Sequence record: ON528717
From: Shigella phage ESh3
DNA length: 39,180 nt
Direction: 5' to 3' (one strand)
Shown: piece by piece, positions 20,226 to 30,800 of the stretch
Layout: the number at the start of each line of letters is the position of its first letter
Position numbering within the stretch: the first letter of the stretch is position 1
Translations under genes and position numbers: made by a program
Notes under the pieces: generated by a model
What the model was told of the DNA's origin: nothing
The model's database searches: none
Seen by the model: only the letters and a program-made list of their open reading frames with translations

Positions 20226-21257
20226 ATGGCTACTATGACTGGTGGACAGCAACTGGGTACTAACCAAGGTAAAGGTCAAAGTGCTGGTGATAAACTGGCG
20301 CTGTTCTTGAAGGTATTTGGTGGTGAAGTCCTGACTGCATTCGCTCGTACCTCTGTGACCACTTCTCGCCACATGACCCGTTCCATCTCCAGCGGTAAAT
20401 CCGCTCAGTTCCCTGTACTGGGTCGCACTCAGGCAGCTTACTTGTCTCCGGGTGAGAACCTCGATGATATTCGTAAAGACATCAAACACACCGAGAAGAC
20501 CATCACCATTGATGGCCTCCTGACGGCAGACGTTCTGATTTACGACATTGAGGACGCGATGAACCACTACGACGTTCGCTCTGAGTATACCTCCCAGTTG
20601 GGTGAGTCTCTAGCGATGGCTGCGGATGGTGCGGTTCTGGCGGAGATTGCTGGTCTGTGTAACTTGGCGAGCGCCTATAACGAGAACATTGAGGGCTTAG
20701 GTACCGCAACTGTAATTGCGACCACTCAGGACAAGGCTACACTTACCGACCAAGTTGCGCTGGGTAAGGAGATTATTGCAGCACTGACCAAGGCTCGTGC
20801 GGCTCTGACCAAGAACTACGTTCCGGCTGCTGACCGTGTGTTCTACTGTGACCCAGATAGCTATTCTGCGATTCTGGCAGCACTGATGCCGAACGCGGCA
20901 AACTACGCTGCTCTTATTGACCCTGAGAAGGGTTCTATCAGAAACGTTATGGGCTTCGAGGTTGTAGAAGTTCCTCACCTCACCGCTGGTGGCGCTGGCA
21001 CCTCTCGTGCGGATGCAACTGGTCAGAAACATTCCTTCCCTGCGTCTCATGATAGCACCAACAAGGTTGCTAAGGACAATGTTATTGGCCTGTTCATGCA
21101 CCGCTCTGCGGTAGGTACTGTTAAACTGCGTGACTTGGCTCTGGAGCGCGCTCGCCGTGCTAACTTCCAAGCTGACCAGATTATCGCTAAGTACGCAATG
21201 GGCCATGGTGGTCTGCGCCCAGAAGCTGCTGGTGCTGTGGTTTTCAAGACGGAGTAA
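20226..21257 (+). CDS. 10A: gene 10A major capsid protein
   Basis: 343 aa MATMTGGQQLGTNQGKGQSAGDKLALFLKVFGGEVLTAFARTSVTTSRHM... Confidence 0.97.
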   Translation: MATMTGGQQLGTNQGKGQSAGDKLALFLKVFGGEVLTAFARTSVTTSRHMTRSISSGKSAQFPVLGRTQAAYLSPGENLDDIRKDIKHTEKTITIDGLLTADVLIYDIEDAMNHYDVRSEYTSQLGESLAMAADGAVLAEIAGLCNLASAYNENIEGLGTATVIATTQDKATLTDQVALGKEIIAALTKARAALTKNYVPAADRVFYCDPDSYSAILAALMPNAANYAALIDPEKGSIRNVMGFEVVEVPHLTAGGAGTSRADATGQKHSFPASHDSTNKVAKDNVIGLFMHRSAVGTVKLRDLALERARRANFQADQIIAKYAMGHGGLRPEAAGAVVFKTE

Positions 21258-21415
21258 TGCTAAAGGTGGCCTCGACGGTCGCTGCTAGTCCCGAAGAGGC
21301 GAGCGTTACTTCAACAGAAGAAACCTTAACGCCAGCACAGAAGGCCGCACGCACCCGCGCTGCTAACAAAGCCCGAAAGGAAGCTGAGTTGGCTGCTGCC
21401 ACCGCTGAGCAATAA
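20226..21415 (+). CDS. 10B: gene 10B minor capsid protein, made by programmed -1 ribosomal frameshift near the end of 10A
   Basis: Slippery GGTTTTC just before the 10A stop; -1 frame stays open to TAA at 21413-21415 (..GFQDGVMLKVASTVAASPEEASVTSTEETLTPAQKAARTRAANKARKEAELAAATAEQ). Confidence 0.65.
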
Positions 21416-21463
21416 CTAGCATAACCCCTTGGGGCCTCTAAACGGGTCTTGAGGGGTTTTTTG
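21416..21463 (+). terminator. Tphi, phage RNAP terminator
   Basis: CTAGCATAACCCCTTGGGGCCTCTAAACGGGTCTTGAGGGGTTTTTTG. Confidence 0.92.
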
Positions 21464-21480
21464 CTGAAAGGAGGAACTAT

Positions 21481-22071
21481 ATGCGCTCTTACGATATGAA
21501 CGTTGAGACTGCCGCTGAGTTATCCGCTGTGAACGACATTCTGGCATCTATCGGTGAACCTCCGGTATCGACGCTGGAAGGTGACTCTAACGCAGACGTA
21601 GCTAACGCTCGGCGTATTCTCAATAAGATTAACCGACAGATTCAGTCTCGTGGATGGACGTTCAACATTGAGGAAGGCATAACGCTATTACCTGATGTTT
21701 ACTCCAACCTGATTGTATACAGTGATGATTATTTATCCCTAATGGCTACTTCCGGTCAATCCATCTACGTGAACCGAGGTGGCTATGTGTATGACCGAAC
21801 GAGTCAGTCAGACCGATTTGAGTCCGGTATTACTGTGAATATTATCAGGCTGCGCGACTACGACGAGATGCCCGAGTGCTTCCGCTACTGGATAGTCACT
21901 AAGGCTTCCCGTCAGTTCAACAACCGATTCTTTGGGGCACCAGAAGTAGAGGGTGTACTCCAAGAAGAGGAGGATGAGGCTCGACGTCTCTGCATGGAAT
22001 ACGAAGTGGACTACGGTGGGTACAATATGCTGGATGGTGATGCGTTCACTTCCGGTCTACTGACTCGCTAA
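21481..22071 (+). CDS. 11: gene 11 tail tubular protein A
   Basis: 196 aa [35 protein letters not shown]... Confidence 0.95.
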   Translation: MRSYDMNVETAAELSAVNDILASIGEPPVSTLEGDSNADVANARRILNKINRQIQSRGWTFNIEEGITLLPDVYSNLIVYSDDYLSLMATSGQSIYVNRGGYVYDRTSQSDRFESGITVNIIRLRDYDEMPECFRYWIVTKASRQFNNRFFGAPEVEGVLQEEEDEARRLCMEYEVDYGGYNMLDGDAFTSGLLTR

Positions 22072-22094
22072 TAGTAATAAATAAGGAGGCTCTA

Positions 22095-24482
22095 ATGGCA
22101 CTCATTAGCCAATCAATCAAGAACTTGAAGGGTGGTATCAGCCAACAGCCGGACATCCTTCGTTATCCAGACCAAGGGTCACGCCAAGTTAACGGTTGGT
22201 CTTCGGAGACCGAGGGCCTCCAAAAGCGTCCACCTATGGTTTTCCTTAAGACCCTAGGAGGAAGTGGCGACTTAGGACAAGCTCCATTCATTCACCTGAT
22301 AAACCGCGATGAGAACGAACAGTATTACGCTGTGTTTACTGGCACAGGAATCCGAGTGTTTGACCTCGCTGGCAACGAGAAACAGGTACGATACCCTACA
22401 GATGGTGCTTCGTATATCACCACTTCAAACCCAAGGAATGACTTGAGGATGGTCACTGTGGCTGACTATACGTTCATCGTTAACAGAAACGTAAGGGTAG
22501 CGCGTAATACCAACGCGGTAAACCTTGCTGGGTTTAACCCTAAGAAGGACGCATTAATCAACGTTCGTGGTGGTCAGTACGGCAGAACACTACAGATTCA
22601 GATAAATGGTGGAACACAAGCAAGCTATCAGATTCCTGATGGCTCACAGCCAGCGCATGTTAATAACACCGACGCTCAATGGCTTGCTGAGGAACTTGCA
22701 CGACAACTTCGGGCAAATACTCCCGGATGGACCTTTAACGTTGGACAGGGTTTCATTCACATTATTGCTGACGCTGCTGGTGAGATTAACTCCCTAGTGA
22801 CTAAGGACGGTTACGCTGACCAGCTAATTAACCCTGTTACTCACTACGCTCAGTCGTTCTCTAAGTTGCCACCTAACGCTCCTGATGGATACATGGTGAA
22901 AATCGTAGGGGATGCGTCAAAGTCTGCTGACCAATATTACGTCAGATATGATGCTACTCGCAAAGTATGGGTTGAGACCTTGGGGTGGAACGTTAACAAT
23001 CAGCTTCTGTGGGAAACGATGCCACACGCGTTGGTACGCGCTGCTGATGGTAACTTTGAGTTCAGATGGCTTGAGTGGAGTTCGAAAACCTGTGGTGACG
23101 ACGATACAAACCCATGGCCTTCCTTTATGGACTCCACAATCAACGATGTGTTCTTCTTCCGCAACCGTTTAGGTTTCCTTAGTGGGGAGAATATCATCTT
23201 GAGTAGAACCGCTAAGTACTTTAACTTCTACCCAGCGTCAATCGCGAACTTGAGTGACGATGACCCTATTGACGTGGCTGTAAGTACCAACCGAATAGCA
23301 ATCCTTAAGTATGCCGTTCCGTTCTCAGAAGAGTTACTCATCTGGTCCGATGAAGCACAATTCGTACTGACTGCTTCTGGTACCCTCACATCGAAGTCAG
23401 TCGAGTTGAACCTGACGACCCAGTTTGATGTGCAGGACCGAGCGAGACCTTTTGGTATTGGGCGTAATGTCTATTTTGCTAGTCCGAGGTCCAGCTTCAC
23501 GTCCATCCACAGATACTACGCTGTACAGGATGTAAGTTCCGTTAAGAACGCTGAGGACATTACGGCACACGTTCCTAACTACATACCAAATGGTGTGTTT
23601 AGTATTTGTGGTAGTGGTACGGAAAACTTCTGTTCGGTACTATCTCACGGTGACCCTAGCAAAATCTTCATGTACAAATTCCTGTACCTGAACGAAGAGT
23701 TACGGCAACAGTCGTGGTCTCACTGGGACTTTGGGGAAAACGTGCAGGTTTTGGCGTGTCAGAGCATCAACTCAGATATGTACATTATCCTACGTAACGA
23801 GTTCAATACGTTCCTTGCGAGAGTTTCCTTTACGAAGAACGCCATTGACTTACAGGGAGAACCTTATCGGGCATTTATGGACATGAAGATTCGCTACACG
23901 ATTCCTAGTGGAACATACAATGATGACACGTTCACTACCTCTATCCATATTCCAGCCATTTATGGCGCGAACTTCGGGAGAGGCAAAATAACTGTATTGG
24001 AGCCTGATGGTAAGATAACCGTATTTGAGCAACCTACGGCTGGGTGGAACAATGACCCATGGTTGAGACTAAGTGGTAATTTAGAGGGACGAACTGTATA
24101 CATTGGGTTCAACATTAACTTCGTCTATGAGTTCTCTAAGTTTCTCATCAAGCAGACTGCCGACGACGGGTCTACCTCCACGGAAGACATTGGTCGCTTA
24201 CAGTTACGCCGAGCGTGGGTTAACTATGAGGAATCTGGTACGTTCGACATTTATGTTGAGAACCAATCATCCAATTGGAAGTATACAATGGCTGGTGCTC
24301 GCTTAGGCTCTAACACTCTGAGGGCTGGGCGATTGAACTTAGGGACAGGCCAATACAGATTCCCTGTGGTTGGTAACGCAAAGTTCAATACCGTGTCCAT
24401 CTTGTCTGACGAGACTACCCCGTTGAACATCATTGGATGTGGCTGGGAAGGTAACTACTTACGGAGAAGTTCCGGTATTTAA
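22095..24482 (+). CDS. 12: gene 12 tail tubular protein B
   Basis: 795 aa MALISQSIKNLKGGISQQPDILRYPDQGSRQVNGWSSETEGLQKRPP... Confidence 0.97.
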   Translation: MALISQSIKNLKGGISQQPDILRYPDQGSRQVNGWSSETEGLQKRPPMVFLKTLGGSGDLGQAPFIHLINRDENEQYYAVFTGTGIRVFDLAGNEKQVRYPTDGASYITTSNPRNDLRMVTVADYTFIVNRNVRVARNTNAVNLAGFNPKKDALINVRGGQYGRTLQIQINGGTQASYQIPDGSQPAHVNNTDAQWLAEELARQLRANTPGWTFNVGQGFIHIIADAAGEINSLVTKDGYADQLINPVTHYAQSFSKLPPNAPDGYMVKIVGDASKSADQYYVRYDATRKVWVETLGWNVNNQLLWETMPHALVRAADGNFEFRWLEWSSKTCGDDDTNPWPSFMDSTINDVFFFRNRLGFLSGENIILSRTAKYFNFYPASIANLSDDDPIDVAVSTNRIAILKYAVPFSEELLIWSDEAQFVLTASGTLTSKSVELNLTTQFDVQDRARPFGIGRNVYFASPRSSFTSIHRYYAVQDVSSVKNAEDITAHVPNYIPNGVFSICGSGTENFCSVLSHGDPSKIFMYKFLYLNEELRQQSWSHWDFGENVQVLACQSINSDMYIILRNEFNTFLARVSFTKNAIDLQGEPYRAFMDMKIRYTIPSGTYNDDTFTTSIHIPAIYGANFGRGKITVLEPDGKITVFEQPTAGWNNDPWLRLSGNLEGRTVYIGFNINFVYEFSKFLIKQTADDGSTSTEDIGRLQLRRAWVNYEESGTFDIYVENQSSNWKYTMAGARLGSNTLRAGRLNLGTGQYRFPVVGNAKFNTVSILSDETTPLNIIGCGWEGNYLRRSSGI

Positions 24483-24512
24483 TTAAGTGTTCTCCCTGTG
24501 GTGGTTCGAAAT

Positions 24513-24535
24513 TAATACGACTCACTATAGGGAGA
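24513..24535 (+). promoter_or_regulatory. phage RNAP promoter phi13 (class III)
   Basis: TAATACGACTCACTATAGGGAGA exact. Confidence 0.9.
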
Positions 24536-24562
24536 ACAATACGACTACGGGAGGGTTTTCTT

Positions 24563-24979
24563 ATGATGATTATAAGACCTACTAAAAGTACAGACTTTGA
24601 GGTATTCACTCCGGCTCACCATGACATTCTTGAAGCTAAGGCTGCTGGTATTGAGCCGAGTTTCCCTGATGCTTCCGAGTGTGTCACGTTGAGCCTCTAT
24701 GGGTTCCCTCTAGCTATCGGTGGTAACTGTGGGGACCAGTGCTGGTTCGTTACGAGTGACCAAGTGTGGCGACTTAGTGGAAAGGCTAAGCGAGAGTTCC
24801 GTAAGTTAATCATGGAGTATCGCGATAAGATGCTTGAGAAGTATGATACTCTTTGGAATTACGTATGGGTAGGCAATACGTCCCACATTCGTTTCCTCAA
24901 GACTATCGGTGCGGTATTCCATGAAGAGTACACACGAGATGGTCAGTTTCAATTATTTACAATAACGAAAGGAGGATAA
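24563..24979 (+). CDS. 13: gene 13 internal virion protein A
   Basis: 138 aa MMIIRPTKSTDFEVFTPAHHDILEAKAAGIEPSFPDASEC... Confidence 0.9.
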   Translation: MMIIRPTKSTDFEVFTPAHHDILEAKAAGIEPSFPDASECVTLSLYGFPLAIGGNCGDQCWFVTSDQVWRLSGKAKREFRKLIMEYRDKMLEKYDTLWNYVWVGNTSHIRFLKTIGAVFHEEYTRDGQFQLFTITKGG

Positions 24980-24983
24980 CCAT

Positions 24984-25574
24984 ATGTGTTGGGCAGCCGC
25001 AATACCTATAGCTATAGCTGGTGCTCAGGCTATCAGTGGCCAGAACGCTCAGGCGAAAATGATTGCCGCTCAGACCGCTGCTGGTCGTCGCCAAGCTATG
25101 GAAATCATGAAGCAGACTAACATCCAGAATGCCGACCTATCGCTGCAAGCCCGAAGTCGCCTTGAGGAAGCATCCTCTGAGTTGACCTCTCAGAACATGC
25201 AGAAGGTCCAAGCTCTGGGGTCTATCCGAGCGGCTATCGGGGAGAGTATGCTTGAAGGGGCCTCAATGGACCGCATTAAGCGAGTCACAGAAGGACAGTT
25301 CATTCGGGAAGCAAATATGGTAACTGAGAACTATCGCCGTGACTACCAAGCAATCTTCGCACAGCAACTTGGCGGTACTCAAAGTGCTGCAAGCCAGATT
25401 AGCGAAATCTATAAGGGCGAACAGAAACAGAAGAGTAAGCTACAGATGGTTCTTGACCCACTGGCTATCATGGGGTCTTCCGCTGCGAGTGCTTACGCAT
25501 CCGGTGCGTTCGACTCTAAGCCCACAACTAAGGCACCTATTGTTGCCGCTAAAGGAACCAAGACTGGGAGGTAA
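24984..25574 (+). CDS. 14: gene 14 internal virion (core) protein B
   Basis: 196 aa MCWAAAIPIAIAGAQAISGQNAQAKMIAAQTAAGRRQAMEIMKQ... Confidence 0.92.
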   Translation: MCWAAAIPIAIAGAQAISGQNAQAKMIAAQTAAGRRQAMEIMKQTNIQNADLSLQARSRLEEASSELTSQNMQKVQALGSIRAAIGESMLEGASMDRIKRVTEGQFIREANMVTENYRRDYQAIFAQQLGGTQSAASQISEIYKGEQKQKSKLQMVLDPLAIMGSSAASAYASGAFDSKPTTKAPIVAAKGTKTGR

Positions 25575-25580
25575 TGAGCT

Positions 25581-27824
25581 ATGAGTAAAATTGAATCTGC
25601 CCTTCAAGCGGCACAACCGGGACTCTCTCGGTTACGTGGTGGTGCTGGTGGTATGGGCTATCGTGCGGCTACCACTCAGGCTGAACAGCCAAAGTCAAGC
25701 CTATTGGACACCATTGGTCGGTTCGCTAAGGCTGGTGCCGATATGTATACCGCTAAGGAACAACGAGCACGAGACCTAGCTGACGAACGCTCTAACGAGA
25801 TTATCCGTAAGCTGACTCCTGAGCAACGCCGAGAAGCTCTCAACAACGGGACTCTTCTGTATCAAGATGACCCATACGCTATGGAAGCACTTCGAGTCAA
25901 GACAGGTCGTAACGCTGCGTACCTTGTGGACGACGACGTTATGCAGAAGGTCAAGGAGGGTGTCTTCCGCACTCGTGAGGAGATGGAACAGTATCGCCAT
26001 AGTCGTCTTCAAGAGGGTGCTAAGGCATACGCTGAGCAGTTCGGTATTGACCCTGAGGACGTTGATTATCAGCGTGGTTTCAATGGGGACATTACCGAGC
26101 GTAATATCTCGCTGTATGGTGCACATGATAACTTCTTGAGCCAGCAAGCTCAGAAGGGTGCCATCATGAACAGTCGAGTGGAACTCAATGGTGTCCTTCA
26201 AGACCCTGATATGCTTCGTCGCCCAGACTCTGCGGACTTCTTTGAGAAGTACATCGACAACGGTCTGGTCACTGGAGCAATCCCGTCTGACGCTCAGGCT
26301 ACACAGCTTATAAGCCAAGCATTCAGTGACGCTTCCAGCCGTGCTGGTGGTGCTGACTTCCTGATGCGAGTAGGTGATAAGAAGGTAACACTTAACGGAG
26401 CCACTACGACTTACCGAGAGTTGATGGGTGAGGAACAGTGGAATGCTCTTATGGTCACAGCACAACGTTCTCAGTTTGAGAATGACGCTAAGCTGAACGA
26501 GCAGTACCGCTTGAAGATTAACTCTGCGCTGAACCAAGAGGACCCTCGTACTGCGTGGGAGATGCTTCAAGGTATCAAGGCTGAACTCGATAAGGTTCAA
26601 CCTGATGAGCAGATGACACCACAACGTGAGTGGCTAATCTCAGCACAGGAGCAAGTTCAGAATCAGATGAACGCATGGACGAAAGCTCAGGCCAAGGCTC
26701 TGGATGACTCCATGAAGTCAATGAACAAACTTGACGTAATAGACAAGCAGTTCCAGAAGCGAATCAACGGTGAGTGGGTCTCAACTGACTTCAAAGATAT
26801 GCCAGTCAACGAGAACACTGGTGAGTTCAAGCATAGCGATATGGTTAACTACGCTAATAAGAAGCTCGCTGAGATTGACCGTATGGATATTCCAGATAGC
26901 GCCAAGGACATGATGAAGTTGAAATACCTTCAAGCGGACTCTAAGGACGGGGCATTCCGTACAGCAATAGGAACTATGGTGACTGACGCTGGTCAAGAGT
27001 GGTCTGCCGCTGTGATTAACGGTAAGTTGCCAGAACGAACCCCAGCTCTGGATGCTCTGCGTAGAATCCGTAATGCCGACCCTCAGTTGATTGCTGCGCT
27101 ATACCCAGACCAAGCTGAGCTATTCCTAACGATGGACATGATGGACAAGCAAGGTATTGACCCTCAGGTTATTCTTGATGCCGACCGACTGGCTGTCAAG
27201 AGGTCCAAAGAGCAACGCTTTGAGGATGATAAGGCATTCGAATCAGCACTGAATGCGTCTAAGGCTCCTGAGATTGCCCGTATGCCAGCGTCACTGCGCG
27301 AATCTGCACGTAAGATTTATGACTCCGTCAAGTACCGCTCAGGTAACGAAAGTATGGCTATGGAGCAAATGACCAAGTTCCTTAAGGAATCTACCTACAC
27401 GTTCACTGGTGATGATGTTGACGGTGATACCGTTGGTGTAATTCCGAAGAACCTGATGCAAGTCAACTCTGACCCGAAATCATGGGAGCAAGGTCGTGAT
27501 ATTCTGGAGGAAGCACGTAAGGGAATAATTGCGAGCAACCCTTGGATAACTAATAAGCAATTGACCATGTATTCACAAGGTGACTCCATTTACCTTATGG
27601 ACACCACTGGTCAAGTCCGAGTCCGCTATGATAAAGAGTTACTCTCGAAGGTCTGGAGTGAGAACCAGAAGAAACTCGAAGAGAAAGCTCGTGAGAAGGC
27701 TCTGGCTGATGTTAACAAGCGAGCACCTATAGTTGCCGCTAAGAAGGCCCGTGAAGCTGCTGCTAAACGAGTCCGAGAGAAACGTAAACAGACTCCTAAG
27801 TTCATCTATGGACGTAAGGAGTAA
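25581..27824 (+). CDS. 15: gene 15 internal virion (core) protein C
   Basis: 747 aa MSKIESALQAAQPGLSRLRGGAGGMGYRAATTQAEQPKSSLLDTIGRF... Confidence 0.95.
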   Translation: MSKIESALQAAQPGLSRLRGGAGGMGYRAATTQAEQPKSSLLDTIGRFAKAGADMYTAKEQRARDLADERSNEIIRKLTPEQRREALNNGTLLYQDDPYAMEALRVKTGRNAAYLVDDDVMQKVKEGVFRTREEMEQYRHSRLQEGAKAYAEQFGIDPEDVDYQRGFNGDITERNISLYGAHDNFLSQQAQKGAIMNSRVELNGVLQDPDMLRRPDSADFFEKYIDNGLVTGAIPSDAQATQLISQAFSDASSRAGGADFLMRVGDKKVTLNGATTTYRELMGEEQWNALMVTAQRSQFENDAKLNEQYRLKINSALNQEDPRTAWEMLQGIKAELDKVQPDEQMTPQREWLISAQEQVQNQMNAWTKAQAKALDDSMKSMNKLDVIDKQFQKRINGEWVSTDFKDMPVNENTGEFKHSDMVNYANKKLAEIDRMDIPDSAKDMMKLKYLQADSKDGAFRTAIGTMVTDAGQEWSAAVINGKLPERTPALDALRRIRNADPQLIAALYPDQAELFLTMDMMDKQGIDPQVILDADRLAVKRSKEQRFEDDKAFESALNASKAPEIARMPASLRESARKIYDSVKYRSGNESMAMEQMTKFLKESTYTFTGDDVDGDTVGVIPKNLMQVNSDPKSWEQGRDILEEARKGIIASNPWITNKQLTMYSQGDSIYLMDTTGQVRVRYDKELLSKVWSENQKKLEEKAREKALADVNKRAPIVAAKKAREAAAKRVREKRKQTPKFIYGRKE

Positions 27825-27850
27825 CTAAAGGCTACATAAGGAGGCCCTAA

Positions 27851-30800
27851 ATGGATAAGTACGATAAGAACGTACCAAGTGATTATGATGGTCTGTTCCA
27901 AAAGGCGGCTGATGCCAACGGGGTCTCTTATGACCTTTTACGTAAAGTCGCTTGGACGGAATCACGATTTGTACCAACAGCTAAATCTAAGACTGGACCA
28001 TTAGGCATGATGCAATTTACCAAGGCAACCGCTAAGGCCCTAGGTCTGCGAGTTACCGATGGTCCAGACGACGACCGACTGAACCCTGAGTTAGCCATCA
28101 ATGCTGCCGCTAAGCACCTTGCAGGTCTGGTGGGTAAATTCGATGGTGACGAACTCAAAGCTGCCCTTGCGTACAACCAAGGTGAGGGACGCTTGGGTAA
28201 TCCACAACTTGAGGCGTACTCCAAGGGAGACTTTGCGTCCATCTCTGATGAAGGACGTAATTACCTTCGTAATCTTCTAGATGTGGCTAAGTCTCCTATG
28301 GCTGGACAGTTGGAAGCATTCGGTGGTATCACCCCAAAGGGTAAAGGCATTCCTGCTGAGGTAGGACTTGCTGGTATTGGGCATAAGCAGAAGGTTACGC
28401 AGGAACTTCCTGAGTCCACAAGTTTTGACGTTAAAGGTATCGAACAGGAGGCTCCGGCGAAACCATTCGCCAAGGACTTTTGGGAGACCCACGGAGAAAC
28501 TCTTGACGAATACAACAGTCGTTCAACCTTCTTCGGATTCAAAAATGCTGCCGAAGCTGAACTCTCCAACTCAGTCGCTGGGATGGCTTTCCGTGCTGGT
28601 CGCCTCGATAATGGTTTTGATGTGTTTAAAGACACCATTACGCCGACTCGCTGGAACTCTCACGTCTGGACTCCAGAAGAGTTAGAGAAGATTCGAACCG
28701 AAGTGAAGAACCCAGCGTACCTCAACGTGGTTACAGGTGGCTCTCCTGAGAACCTAGATGCCCTCATCAAGCTGGCTAACGAGAACTTTGAGGCTGACTC
28801 ACGCGCTGCTGAGGCTGGTCTTGGGGCTAAGCTAAGTGCTGGCGTTATCGGTGCTGGTGTGGACCCTCTCAGCTATGTACCTATGGTTGGGGTTACGGGT
28901 AAGGGCTTCAAGTTAATCAACAAGTCTCTTGTGGTTGGTGCAGAAAGTGCTGCCCTTAACGTGGCTTCGGAAGGACTACGTACCTCAGTTGCTGGTGGGG
29001 ATGCTGACTATGCTGGCGCTTCCCTAGGTGGCTTTATGTTCGGTGCTGGAATGTCAATAATCAGCGATACTATCGCCGCTGGCCTCAAACGGAATAAGCC
29101 AGAAGCTGAGTTTGACAATGAGTTTATTGGACCAATGATGCGAATGGAAGCACGCGAGACGGCACGGAATGCTAACTCTACGGACCTCTCTCGGGTGAAT
29201 ACAGACAGCATGAAGTTTGAGAGTGAGCATAACGGTATTCCGTATGCAGACCTTCCTACTGAGAAGGGTGCTGTGGTTCTCCATGATGGCTCTGTGCTTA
29301 GTGCGAGTAACCCAATCAATCCCAAGACTCTCAAAGAGTTCTCCGAGGTTGACCCTGAGAAAGCGGCACGAGGCATCAAACTAGCAGGATTCACTGAGAT
29401 TGGGTTGAAGACCTTAGGCTCAGACGACGCCGATATTCGACGGGTGGCGATTGACCTAGTGCGGTCTCCTACTGGAATGCAATCAGGTTCCTCAGGTAAG
29501 TATGGTTCAACAGCTTCGGATATTTTCGAGAAACTTCGTGGCACTGACCAGCGTACTTACAACGACTTGTATAAGGCGATGTCTGACGCGATGAAAGACC
29601 CTGAGTTCTCCACTGGCGGCGCTAAAATGTCTCGCGAAGAAGCTCGTTACACTATAGAGCGTCGAGTGGCCTTGGCTATTGAGAACCCTGAGTTACAGAA
29701 GTCTTTAACTCCTAACGAGCGAATCGTAATGGACATCGTTAAGCAACATTATGACACCAAGCGTGAACTCATGGAGAACCCTGCGGTCTTTGGTAATACC
29801 AAGGCTGTGAGTATCTTCCCAGAGAGTCGCCACAAGGGTACATATGTTCCACATGTGTACGACAAGTACGCTAAGGCACTCAAGATTCAACGCTATGGCG
29901 CTGAGGGCTTACAGGAAGGTATTGCTCGGTCGTGGATGTGTAGCTATGATTTGAGACCTGCGGTAAAGGCCCGTATTGACGAAGCACTTAAAGAGATGCA
30001 CGGTGTAGAGGAAGTCACACACGATATGGTGTATAAGTACGCTATGGATAAAGCATATGGTATCTCTCACTCAGACAGGTTCACTAATAGCTCCATCATT
30101 GAGGAGAACATTGAGGGTCTTGTCGGCATTGAGAATAACTCATTCCTTGAAGCACGAAACCTCTTTGACTCCGACTTAGCAATCACCATGCCAGATGGCG
30201 AGCAATTCTCTGTGAACGATTTGAGGGACTTTAGTATGTTCCGTATCATGCCAGCATATGACCGCCGTATCAACGGTGACATCGCAATCATGGGGTCTAC
30301 TGGGAAAACCACTAAGGAACTTAAGGATGAGATTTTGGCTCTTAAGGCGAAAGCGGAGGGTGACGGTAAGAAGACTGGCGAGGTTCATGCTCTAATGGAT
30401 ACCGTTAAGATTCTTACTGGTCGTGCCCGCCGCAATCAGGACACTGTGTGGGAAACCTCACTGCGCTCCATCAATGACCTAGGGTTCTTCGCTAAGAACG
30501 CCTATATGGGTGCTCAGAACATTACGGAGATTGCTGGGATGATTGCAACAGGTAACGTCCGCGCTCTCGGTCATGGTATCCCAATCCTTCGCGATACTCT
30601 CTATAAGTCTAAACCAGTTTCCGCTAAGGAACTTAAGGAACTGCACTCGGCTCTATTCGGTAAGGAGGTTGACCAGTTGATTAGACCTCAACGTGCTGAC
30701 ATAGTGCAGCGTCTAAGGGAAGCAACTGACACAGGACCTGTGGTGGCTAATATCGTAGGAACCTTAAAGTATTCCACGCAGGAACTGGCTGCCCGTTCTC

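Noticed and set aside
20144-20260. Sequence closely resembling the T7 promoter / ribosome-binding leader / T7-tag start of pET expression vectors, which could suggest vector contamination
   Set aside because: pET vectors were built from exactly this phage region (phi10 plus gene 10 leader). Here it is flanked by native gene 9 upstream and a full-length capsid gene with phage-typical substitutions downstream, with no lac operator, His-tag or polylinker.
25776-26624. Long minus-strand ORFs (for example 25776-26624, 282 aa; 7637-8320, 227 aa; 3380-3916, 178 aa; 29008-29544, 178 aa; 20697-21206, 169 aa)
   Set aside because: All lie antisense within well-supported + strand genes of a genome transcribed unidirectionally from + strand promoters; none has a promoter or RBS, and their composition is typical of shadow ORFs.
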